Below the pieces are notes generated by a model. It was not told where the DNA came from, did no database searches, and saw nothing but the letters and a program-made list of their open reading frames with translations. From positions 103,542,001-103,606,000 of the forward strand of contig NC_086107.1 of the NCBI RefSeq assembly GCF_963921235.1: a stretch of DNA of 64,000 bases, read 5' to 3'. Positions within the stretch are counted from its first letter, which is position 1; the number at the start of each line of letters is the position of its first letter. Shown piece by piece: positions 40,001 through 52,000 of the stretch. The translations under genes and the position numbers were made by a program. This stretch comes from Mobula hypostoma (taxonomy: Eukaryota).

Positions 40001-43000
40001 GTTGTAATGAACATGTCTCCTGATCACTCAATAGTCATTGTGTGAAACGTAATCATCACGCAGTATAGAGAACTATTCTGAGCTCGCTAAACAATTTTGT
40101 TATGCTCTCCTGCAAGTCGTGTTCTCTATTTCGCAATATGCTGCCCCTTCTGCAGATTGGTGGGCCATGCAGCAGTGTTCTGCAGTTTGTATTCATTGGT
40201 ACCTCTTTCCTATCTGCATTTGTTTTATACCAATATACCACTGTAAGATCAATCAGTCAGCTGTTCCTTCAATTCTACCCCCATCCATCCACAACCTAAG
40301 TTATTCTACAAACTTCCTCTTAAGGTTTGCATGGGACCTGCTCCTCAAGGTCCCAGATCACAACTGAGTAAGGATATTTGGTTTCTGATAAACGAGAGTG
40401 CATTAAACCCCACATTCTTGACATGATTACTCGTACCAACACAGTCAAATATTACCACGATACTCGTGTAGTTTTAGTAAATATAAACCAGTGTCTGCAA
40501 AACGTGAGCAAGAGCCAGTGTAAACCTCTGTTTAGTGTCTAACACCTTAACTTTTTTTAACAATGTCACAGCACCACACAGCTGGTGTCTGGATGAGCTG
40601 TGCTAAAAAGGTGCCCTGGTCTTAGTGTGTGGTGACAATCTTGCTTGCAACACGAATGGCTTTCTGCATTCTTACCTCCTTGTAGCATTAGAAGAAGCCC
40701 TAGCATCATTTGCTGCTCATCAGGAAATCTAGTTGGGTATTCAGAGAATTTAACTATACAAGAATTTATTAGAAGCAGGAGAAGGGGTAAAAAGTTTAGT
40801 GTGGATGTGGTGGGCCAGAAGGACTCTTTCTGTCCTGTACAACTCTGACTCTATAAAATCTTTTGGTATTTCTCCATATTTAGATTGTTTTTGTACTCCT
40901 CCCCATTTCCACCCCCAGCTGGATTAGGAATGATGGTTCTTACTCTGTTCTAACAGTCCCCTTGTTCTGTTGCAGTATCTTGTGTCATTGCCAACTGGAG
41001 CAGAATTAAACAAGTTCAAGCCATTGTCTGACCAGCAGATTGCAAAATTGGCAAATGGTGTGTCATCTCCAGCTGCTAAGCCTGTGCCAACGCTCATTAA
41101 AGTAAGCAACTTCTACAAAATGTTTATGTAGTGGGGTCAAGTGATACTTTGCATCAAAGCATATGCTCAGAAATGTTGAATTTCTTGGAATTTGATTGGT
41201 CTGCTGAGGAATTACTTGCATGAAGATGTGGTTCAAATTCTCCCCGCTTATTTTGTTTCCTTGCCCATTTCCTGGTCCCCTTTACTGTCACTGTCTCCTT
41301 TTTCTGAACCTCTGTGTTTTGGTGGTTTTTGGCAGGGTTTCCGTTTGCTTACAGTACAGAAGTCTGGGCTGATCTCTCCATCCCTTGTGGTGTTTAGGGC
41401 TTCCTTCATCATGTCAGTAGCTTCCTCTTGATTTTTACTACTGACAGTCATGCAAGTCCCGGGTGGAGACTCAGGAATACTGTCGCACTCAGATGTGGAA
41501 GGATTCTTCATCGCTGTTTCTGTAACAATTTGGTTTTTACCAGACAGGGTTGTTTTAGCCTTGAGCTGAACCCCTGAACCCGGAGAACTGGTGGACTACT
41601 CTTAGTCTGTCCTCTACCCTTTGACCTGTTTGGCATGGGTGACCCTACCAAAAATCAAAACATAAAACCCTGACTCCAGCCAACATAGCTCTCTGGGTCA
41701 TTGAGGCACACAAGCCTCCAAACCAAAGGACAGGGTTGTGGTCCTCTTGGAGGACTGCACTTCTTTGATCAGGGTTAAATCTCCAGGCATTATATTGAAC
41801 CTGGAACCCTCTCAGTCTCAATTGTCCTCTACTTAAACTCAGTACTCAGTATAACAGTCTAAGAAATCCATTGTGCTATATTCAGTCGTGAGAAAATATC
41901 GTTAACTATGGTGAAGTTTTAATTTCTAACTACATCCACTCTAAATCACAACGGTACATGATTGACAGTGATGTGCTGTCTACTGTTTGTTCATATTTAA
42001 TTTGTGATGGGTATTCACCAGTACATATTCTCACTTCGCTTATAAATCACCTGCTGCAGGTCGTAAGGTTTATTGATCATCAAGATGCACACTGCACGGC
42101 TTCAAAACATAGGTGCTGGAAATCCAGAGCAACACACACAAAATGGTGGAGAAACTCAGCAGGGCAGGCAACATCTCTGGAAAAGAGAAAACAGCCGACA
42201 TTTCGGTCCGAGGCCCTTCATCAGGACTCTGCCGGAAACTTCGACTGTTTACGCTTTTTCATAGATGCTGCCTGGCCTGCTGAGTCCCTCCAGCAATTTG
42301 AGTGCATTGCCTCAAAACATCTGTGTTTGAACTGAATGGAATCCTGTGCTTTAAGACCTAAATTTGAGTGTTTTCCCGATAAATCTGAACTTACAGCATG
42401 ATTCAGGCTGATCAGCAATAGTCAGCATGGCTTTGCACAAAGGAGGTCATGTGCGACAAATCTTTTGAGGTTTGTCGAAGCTGTAACTAAAGGGATAGAT
42501 GAAGATAGGGCAGTTAATGTTGTCTATATGGACTTCAGTAATGCATTTGACAAGGTCTCACAGGCAAGGCTGATTGAGAAGATAGGTTGGTATATGGGGG
42601 TGAGATCGCAAGGTATATTCAGAATTGGCTCAATGATAGGAAGCAGAAGGTGATGGTTGAAGGTCGTTTCGTTCAGAAGGGGCCTGTAACTGGTTCAGGG
42701 TTCAGTTTTGGGATCTGTTTATTATCACCAGCATGTGTCGTGAAATCTGTTAACTTAGCAGCAGCAGTACAATGCAATACATGATATTATATAAGGAAAA
42801 AAAAATAAGTAAATAAATTACAGAAACTATGTATATGTTAAATACGCAAACACGAGGAAATCTGCAGATGCTGGAATTTCATGCAACACACATAAAAATT
42901 GCTGGTGAACGCAGCAGGCCAGGCAGCATCTATAGGAAGAGGTACAATTGATGTTTCGGGTCGAGACCCTTCGTCCTGAAACATTGACTGTACCTCTTCC

Positions 43001-46000
43001 TATAGATGCTGCCTGGCCTGCTGCGTTCACCAGCAATTTCTATAAGTATACTAAATAGTTAGATTAAAAATAGTGCTAAACAAAATTAATATAAATATTT
43101 TATTTATTAATGAATTAATTATGTAAATGATTTAGATGTGAATGTACATGACAGGATTAACAAGATTCTTCTAAGTTAGAGGGTCTTGATAGTAAAGCAG
43201 CTTATAAGGAATTACAAAGAGGTCTTATCACAAACAAGAGAAAGTCTGCAGATGCTGGAAATACAAGCAACACACACAAAATGCTGGAGGAACTCCGCAG
43301 GCCAGGCAGCATCGAGGGAAAAGAGTGAACAAAGGGAAGATTTAAACTTCTTCAGGATAGATATCCCTGGAAGAGACTTTGCAGTTTAGTCGGGTAGACG
43401 AGTCCTGATGTAGGGTCACAGCCCGAAACATCGACTGTTGACTCTTTTCCATAGATGCTGCCTGACCTGCTGAGTTCCTCCAGCATTTTGTGTGTGTTAC
43501 AAAGAGGTGTTGATCACTTAGGGAGCTGGGCGGAGGTAAATGAATTTCAACTTAAATAAGGGTGAGTTGAAGCATTTTGGATAGTCCAGCCAGAGTAGCA
43601 CCTATGCAGTGAATATTAGGGCACTGACAACGTTATGAAACAGGGAGACCTGGGAGTACTAGTGTACAGTGTGATGAAAGCAGCCACACAAGTACGCAGG
43701 CAGGTGAAGAAGGGATTTATCACACTGGCCTTCAGTTAGGGCATCAGCTTTAGGAGTAGGATATTATGCTGCAGTCATATTAAATGGCTGGTGATTTGGA
43801 ATATAGTGAACAGTTTTGGTTAGCCTGTTAAAGGAAAGACATTGCCAAACTAGAGAGAGTGCAGAAGAGACTTACTAGGATTCTGCCTGGACTGGAAGGC
43901 CTGAGTTATAGGGAGAGGTAGGCTATCCAGGATCTTTACTCATTAGAGAGAAGGAGAATGAGAGTGACCTCAAGTTTATAAAATCATGAAAAGTAAGGAT
44001 AAGGTGATGGTCATCGTCTTTTCCTCAGTGTTCGGGATTTATTTATCACATCGGCATGTTAACACACATTTAAGGGTGTGCTGAGAACAGCTCGCAAGTG
44101 CCACTCCAGGCTGGGGTTGAAGCTGAAGCTCTGGTCACTAATATGTAGTATATTGACAAAACAAATTTAACCTCCTCCTTGAGTGCTTGAGGGTCATCCA
44201 GATTGTATTTCCCGATTCAGCAAAGTCAGCCCAAGATGACACGCGACAAGAACCAGCGGAACAAGAAGCTGAAGGAGCCAAAGTCCCGGGTGAAGAAGCT
44301 CAAGTACCACCAGTACATGCCGCCAGACCAGAAACTGGAGAAGGCCACCCTGCCTCTGGACACTGCCTACTCCAAACTGCTCCAGCAGCAGCAGCTCTTC
44401 CTCCAGCTCCAGATACTGTGCCAGCAGCAGCAGCATTACAACTATCAGACCATCCTGCCCGCTCCGCCAAAGTAAGTACCCGGCCACGGCCGGAGGTGTT
44501 CCACTCCTGCCGTTTATCGGTCTCTCCAGCACTCTTCAGAGTGTTCAGAGATACTGTGCCTCGGAGCCATTTCACAGGCATTCCATTGCCATTCTCTGTC
44601 CATACTGGGCTGGTTACCTTACCAGAGCATTACGTCAGGCTCATGCCTTCTACCCGATGGGGGGGGGGCGGGGTGGTGGGAGAGTCAGGGTTCTTGTCTC
44701 TGGTTCGGACAGGATATAAGGAGGCCTGTCAATCAGCACATCAGCACTTTCTGGACAGCCGATTTTGAGCACTGTGAAATACAAGAGCACTCGACAGTCT
44801 AAAGCAAGGGTTCCCATCCTGGGAGTCCACCAACCCCTTGCTTCATGGTATTGGGTCATGGCATTAAAAAAAGGTTGAAAACCCCTGGTCCAAAACAATA
44901 ATAGTCAGAGCCTGTGGTGGCAGAGAAGATGATACCAGGTGGGAGAGAGTCTGACCACAGACTGAACTATAGATTGAACCTCTGCTCCCTCACCAAGTTC
45001 CCAGTTTGTAAATGTTAAGGAAAAGACCTGAAGAGACAGTGACCAGTGGGAAGACTTCGCTTGGTCGCTGCAAGTGTGATACGTCAGTGGCAGAAAGGAA
45101 TTGTGGCTGCTTATTGGCATAAGGTATCTTCCCATCATTCGGTATCTTCTGAAAACTTGTAGTCTCCTCTTTACTTTTTGGAGTGACCTTGTGCACACTT
45201 CCCTCCACAGGCATTTAACACAGGTCACTATAAGGCAGAGGTCCCAACCTGGGGTCCAGAGACCCCTCAGTAAATGGTAGGGGTCCATGGTGTAAAAATG
45301 GGTTGGAACCCCTGCTATAAAGAATAAGCAGTGCTTTCTCCAACATACTGACCCATCTCGCACCAGAGTCCAAGCAGTGTGTACCTGTCCATCACCCGCT
45401 GTCCCAGATTGTTAATATGATGTGGTAGCTCAGGTTACATTACAGTAAAGGAGCAGAATTTGGCCCATCGAGTCTGCTCCGCCATTCGACGATGGCTCAT
45501 TTATTTTCCCTTTCAAGCCCATCCTCCTGCTTTCTTCCCATAACCCTTACCACCTTCGCTAATCAGAATCAGGGTTATTATCACCGGCGTGTGACGTGAA
45601 ATTTGTTAACGTAGCAGCAGCAGTGCATTGCAATACGTAATATAGAAAAAAAAACAAAACAATAATAATAAATAAATAGCTAAATCAATTACAATACATG
45701 TATATTCAATAGATTAAAAATTGTGCAGAAAACAGAAATACTATATATTAAAAAAAGTGAGGTAGTGTCCAAGCATTCAATGTCCACTTTAGGAATCGGA
45801 CAGCAGAGGGGAAGAAGCTGTTCCTGAATCGCTGAGTGTGTGCCTTCAGGCTTCTGTATCTCCTACCCGATGGTAACAGTGAGAAAAGGGCATGTCCTGG
45901 GTGCTGGAGGTCCTTAATAATGGACGCTGCCTTTCTGAGACACTGCTCCTTGAAGATGTCCTGGGTACTTTGTAGGCTAACGCCCAAGATGGAACCGACT

Positions 46001-49000
46001 AAATCTACAATCCTCTGCAGCTTCTTTTGGTTCTGTGCAGTAGCAAACCCCCCCCCCCCCCCGCCGCCCCCATACTAGACAGTGATGCAGCCTGTCAGAA
46101 TGCTCTCCAGGGTACATTTATGGAAGTTTTTGAGTTTATTTGTTGACACACCAAATCTCTTCAAACTCCTAATGAAGTATAGCCACTGTCTTGCCTTCTT
46201 TATAGCTGCATCGATATATTGGGACCAGGTTAGATCCTCAGAGATCTTGACTTCCAGGAACTTGAAACTGTTCACTCTCTCCACTTCTGATCCTTTTATG
46301 AGGATTGGTATGTGTTCCTTTGTCTTACCCTTCCTGAAGTCCACAATCAGCTCTTTCATCTTACTGACGTTGAGTGCCAGGTTGTAGCTGTGGCACCACT
46401 CCACAAGTTGGCATATCTCACTCCTGTACGTCCTCTCGTCACCACCTGAGATTCTACCAACAATTGTTGTATCGTCAGCAAATTTATAGATGGGGTTTAA
46501 GCTATGCGTAGCCACACAGTCATAGGTATATAGAGAGTAGAGCAGTGGGCTAAGCACATACCCCTGAGGTGCACCAATGTTGATTGTCAGTGAGGAGGAG
46601 ATGTTATCACCGTTCTGCACAGATTGTGGTGTTCAAGTTAGGAAGTCGAGGATCCAATTGCAGAGGGAGGTTCACAAGCCCATGTTCTGCAACTTCTCAA
46701 TCAGGATTGTGGGAATGATGGTATTAAATGCTGAGCTATAGTTGATGAACAACATTCTGACGTAGGTGTTTGTATTGTCCAGGTGGTCTAAAGCCTTGTG
46801 AAGAGCCATTGAGATTGCATCTGCCGTTGACCTATTGTGGTGATAGGCAAATTGCAATAGGTCCAGGTCCTTGCTGAGGCAGGAGTTCAGTCTAGTCATG
46901 ACCAAACTCTCAAAGCATTCGAGAACTCATCAACCTCCGCTTTAAATATACCCAATGACTTGGCCTCTTCAGCCATCTGTAGCAATGAATTCTACAGATT
47001 CACTACGCTCTGATTAAAGAAAATTTTCCTCACCTCTGTTCTAAAGGGGCATCTTTCAAGTCTGAGGCTGCGTCCTCTGGTCCTAAACTCTCCCACTATT
47101 GCAAGCATGCTATTATCAGGCATTTTGTAATGACTCCTGCAGATATATTGATGTCTAAACAACAGTGTTGGCCACGGTGTTGAATGGCTCGTTTTTGTAC
47201 TCTGTAGATCTGAAGGTGGCAGAGTGGTATAGGTAGATGTGCTCCTGTCCTGCCCTCTAGAGCTGTCGGAGGAGATTCCTCCCCATGAATACGCCTTTCC
47301 TTGGAGGCTCTGATTTCCTCTCACTTCCCAAAGTAGTGCTGGTTGGTAGGTTAATTGGCTGCAATGAACTGCCCCTAAGGTGCAGTAAGATTAGCTTTAT
47401 ATGTCACATGTCCATCAAAAGATGCAGAGAAATACGTCATTTTGCATCCAAGGTTTGTGTTGGCCTGCAAGTGTTGCAACACTTCCAAAGCCAACATAGC
47501 ACACGGACAACTTACTAACCCTGACAGGTGTGTCTTAGGAATGTGAATGAAACTGGAGCACCGAGAGGAAAGCCACACGGTCACGGGAGAGCGTACACAC
47601 TGCTTGCAGAGAGCAGCGGGGATCAAAAACCCCACCGGGTGATCCCTGGCGCTGTAAAACGATTCTGCTAACCGCTAGGCTAGCGATCCACCCATGCCAT
47701 ACCGTGAAGAGCGAGAGGGGAGAATAAAATGGATTATGGAAGGATTAGTGTAAATGGTAATTGACACTGACTTGGTAGGTCAAGTTCTGTGCCGTATTAC
47801 TGACTCTGTCGCTTACACTGTCACTCGGTTGCCTAATCAGTGGCCTTTTTCGTTCTGCTTCTTAGACAGAACAATGAGCAACAAGCCAGCAGTGGTTCTA
47901 CACCGGTGAGGCCTCTGACCACTAGCACCTCATCTTCAGGCCCAGGGGCTCTGCCTCGGCAGAACAGCTGCACAGCCACCGTCAAACCACCAGCAAGTCT
48001 GCCCTCAAACCTTGACGATCTGAAGGTGAGTTACATTCTAAAGTATTCCACGTCCATCCGTTTATTGTCCAGAGCACGTACCTTCTCTAGGAATCGTCCC
48101 TCTTTTAGATTTGGGGGTTTTCCTCTCGTGCACTAATTAGTCATTGTGCTCTTTCCATATCTTGCATTATACCGGCTAAATAATTTCTCACACAGGCACT
48201 GAGGTTCAATCCATTACTCCCCTCCCTCCAACCTGCCTCCCCTCCGCACCAGACTCTGACACCTTCCCCTCTCTCCACCCCCATGGGTCTCTGATACCCC
48301 CCCACCCCCCACTTCCTGACCCATCTCCCCAGGTCTCTGACACTCACCTTCAAACCCCACCCCCCGAGATCTCTGACACCCTTCCATCTCCCCCTTCCCC
48401 TCTGCTCAGGGTTTCTGACCCTCCTGCACTCCCATAAGGGTCCCCTCTCCCCACCCTTCCAGAGTTGCTGACTCTTCCCCTTTCTCTACCTGCCCTCAGG
48501 GGTTTTTTACACTCCTCCTCTCCTCTCCCCCACCCCCCCTCAGGTACTGATACCCTCCCCAGCGTCTCTTGTCACTCTCACCCCTCTCCTGGGTCTCTGG
48601 TTCTTTCACCCCTCTCCTGGGATTTGACACTCCTCCTCTCCCCATTCACCCCCAGTTTCTGACTCACTCCCCCCATTCTACGACATCACTGTCCTTTTCT
48701 TTGCGTAGGTGGCCGAGCTGAAGCAGGAGCTGAAGCTACGGGGCCTGCCCGTGTCGGGAACCAAAACCGACCTGATCGAAAGGCTGAAGAACTACCAGGA
48801 GCAGGCGAGGGTGGGAGGTGCCCCTGCTGTCCCCACCCCGGCGCCCACCGTCTCCAAGACTGTCCCCCTCATCTCCAAGCCCACTGAGTTGGTGGTGGCC
48901 TTCACACCCGTCCCCGTGCCCACCACCACTACCACCACCACTGCCGCCGTCCGCTCTGGCAGCACCCCGACGCCGGTCACTGGCGTCTGCCCCGGTGAGG

Positions 49001-52000
49001 TGGTGGTCACCTCTGCGGCCAAGCCGGCTGTCCCCGTCTCTACCCCTCCGGTGTCGCCGGCGCCCTCTGACCGCTCGGTGCAAAGTATGGACGACACCAC
49101 CCCGCCCGAGTTGCCAGCCGAGCCTGGCCGGTCCTCGCCCATGCAAGTGGTGTGCAAGGAGGAGATCCCCTGCCTCAACGGCGTGAGCAGCCACATCATG
49201 CTAGCGCCCAGCGCCATCCGCGGCAGCGGCCCGGAGGGCAAGGACCCGCAGGCCACCATCAAGGACCGGATGCTGCAGGAGAAGGACAAGCAGATCGAGG
49301 AGCTGACCAGGATGCTGAGGCAGAAACAGCAGCTGGTGGAAGCCCTCCGCCTCCAGCTGGATCAGGAGAAACGCACACAGCAACAGCAGCAGCAGCCCGC
49401 CCCCTCCCTGCTCCCAAACCCACCCGTTTCCCGGGACTCCATCGCCGTCAAGCAAGAGAACCTGCCCTCCAGCTGCCCCCTCTCGGGCAAGTCCAACCCA
49501 TCTGGCCCACATCCCAGCCAAGCCAAGCCCCCCAGGACGAGCCCCAGCCCCACCGGCACTGCCGGGCCCAACCCGCTGCCAATCAAGACGGTGATGGTGA
49601 AGCAGGAAGGAGGCGGGGGCGGCTGCCAGCAGCCAGCACCAGCCATTCTGCTGAGCTCATCGCAGCCAAGCCGGGTGACCACCGGCCTGCTGAGGACAAT
49701 CGCCCAGGCACAGACCCCTGGTCTGCTGACAAACGGAGCCGGCACGCACATCCTCCTCACCATGACTCCGCAGAAGACAGACGTGGGAAGTGCACCTCCC
49801 CCTGCGAGCTCCACCAAGGATCAACCGACAACACAGGTACTCACTGATAGGCTTGAGGTGAGGCGGGGAAGATTTAGAAGTGGCCTGAGGGACAACTTCT
49901 TCCGCACAGCTGTGGGGGTTAACGGTGATCACTGGAGCACATCGTAACCCAAAAACACCCAGCACTTACTGAATGGAAACACTGTGGGGACAGCGGTTTA
50001 TTTCGAGAGAAAAGATAAAGATTAGCTTTATTTGTCACATCTACATGGAAGCATAGTGAAATGTGGCATTTGTGTCAAAGCATATCAGCAAGGATTGGTC
50101 TTGGGGCGCCCCGCAAGTGTCGTCACATTTCTGGCACCACTGTAGCATGCCCACAACTCACTGACCCTGACGTTTGGAACTTGGGACATGACCCGGGGGG
50201 TGGGGGGTTGGGGGACATACAATCTCCTTACAGAGAATGGCGAGAATGGTTCCAATCCATAATCGCTGTAAAGCGACACACTAACAACTACTCTGCCATG
50301 CTGGCTGACAGATAAGAATCCTAAATCTGCTTTTATTGCCTGCAGCCTGACAAAGTCTGCAAAAACAGACTGAGTTAGGTAGGCGACTCTACCCACTGTG
50401 AGTCGCTACAGTGGGGACTAGCTGAGACAAATAAGTATGGAGGTAAGCCAGGCACAACCAAGAGGGATAAAGGAAGGAAGAAAATGCTGAGTGAGAAATG
50501 AAGCAAGGTGGGCGGAAGTTCAAGAGGTGCATAAACAGCGTAAATTGGGATCTTCGGTCTCTTCTGTTGGAAATTGTCAAATGAGTATGCACTTCTCAGC
50601 TAGCAGTCGAATTGTTGATGTCCTGATGAAGGGTTTCGGCTAGAAACGTTGACTGTTTTCTCTTTTCCATAGATGCTGCCTGGCCTGCTGAGTTCCTCCA
50701 GCATTTTGTGTGCGTTGCTTCAATTTCCAGCATCTGCAGATTTTCTCTTGTTTGTTGATGTAGGTTCTGTTTTATGCCGAAAGAGGGCAGTACTGAGCTA
50801 ATGCCCCAATGGTGGGAATGCAGTGCAACACCACAAGATGCTGGAGGAACTCAGCAGGCCAGGCAGCATCTATGGAAAAAAAAAGTAGTTGGGGTTTCAG
50901 CCCAACACGCCGACTGTACTTTTTTTCCTTAGGTGCTGCCTGGCCTGCTGAGTTCCTCCAGCATTTTGTGTATGTTGCTCGGATTTCCAGTATCTGCAGA
51001 CTTTTTCTTGTTTATGCAATGCAACAGCTGCTTACACTGAGATTAGTGTTTGATCGAATGAGTGATTTGTAAAATAGTCCTGCAATAATTAGTAATTGTG
51101 GAATAAGGTGTATTTTATGCAACGCACACAAAGTGCTGGAGGAATTCATCAGGTCAGGCAGCATCTATGGAAATGAGTAAACTGTTGACATTTCGGGCAG
51201 AGTCTCTTCTTCAGGACTGAGAAGGAAGGGGGAAGATGCCAGAATAAAAAGGTGGGGGAGACGGGAAGAGGCTTGCTGGAAGGGGATAGGTGAAGCCAGG
51301 TAGGTGGGAAAGGTCAAGGGCTGGAGAAGAAAAAATCTGATAGGAGAGGAGAGTGGACAGTAGGAGAAAGGGAAGGAGGAGGGGACTCGGGTGAAGTGAC
51401 AGGCAGGTGAGAGTAAGTGAAAGGTTAGAGTGGGGAATAGAGGAAAGATGGGGGTTGGGGGCGAATTTGTTCACTGGAAGGAGAAATCGATACTCATGCC
51501 ATCAGGTTGGAGGTATCCGCACAGAATACTAGGTGTTGCTCCTCCACCCTGAGAGTGGCCTCATCTTGGCACAAGAGGAGGCCACGGATTGACACGTCAG
51601 AACGGGAATGGGAGTGGGAATTAAAATGTTTAGCCACTGGGAAGTCCTGCTTGTGGCAGATGGTATGGAGGTGCTCGATGAAGCGGTGCCCCAAATTACA
51701 ACCGGTCTCACGAATGCAGAGGAGACCACGTCGGGTGCACCGAACACAAACAGCAGTTTCACAGGTGAAGTGTTGCCTCATCTGGAAGGATGGTTTGGGA
51801 CCCGAATGGCGGTGAGCGGAGAGGTGTATGGGCAGGAGGTGCTCAACGAAGTGGTCCCCCGATTTACGATGGATCTCGCCAATGTTTTATGCTTTCTTGC
51901 TCATGTGCTGCTGTACCCAGAGTATATTGCACCTATGCTCAAAAATCATACTGATATTCCTGTGTAAGGAACATACACAGTCTTAAAAATGGGATTTGTA

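Noticed and set aside
41580..41755. HDV/twister/pistol ribozyme in the RTE 5' UTR remnant
   Set aside because: Could not place the required conserved core nucleotides and helices.
49837..49947. ORF read-through beyond the large exon
   Set aside because: Lies past the CAG|GTACTC donor and resembles a CR1 remnant ([11 protein letters not shown]).
48736..49965. Multiple long overlapping and antisense ORFs
   Set aside because: Shadow frames of the GC-rich MRTF exon.
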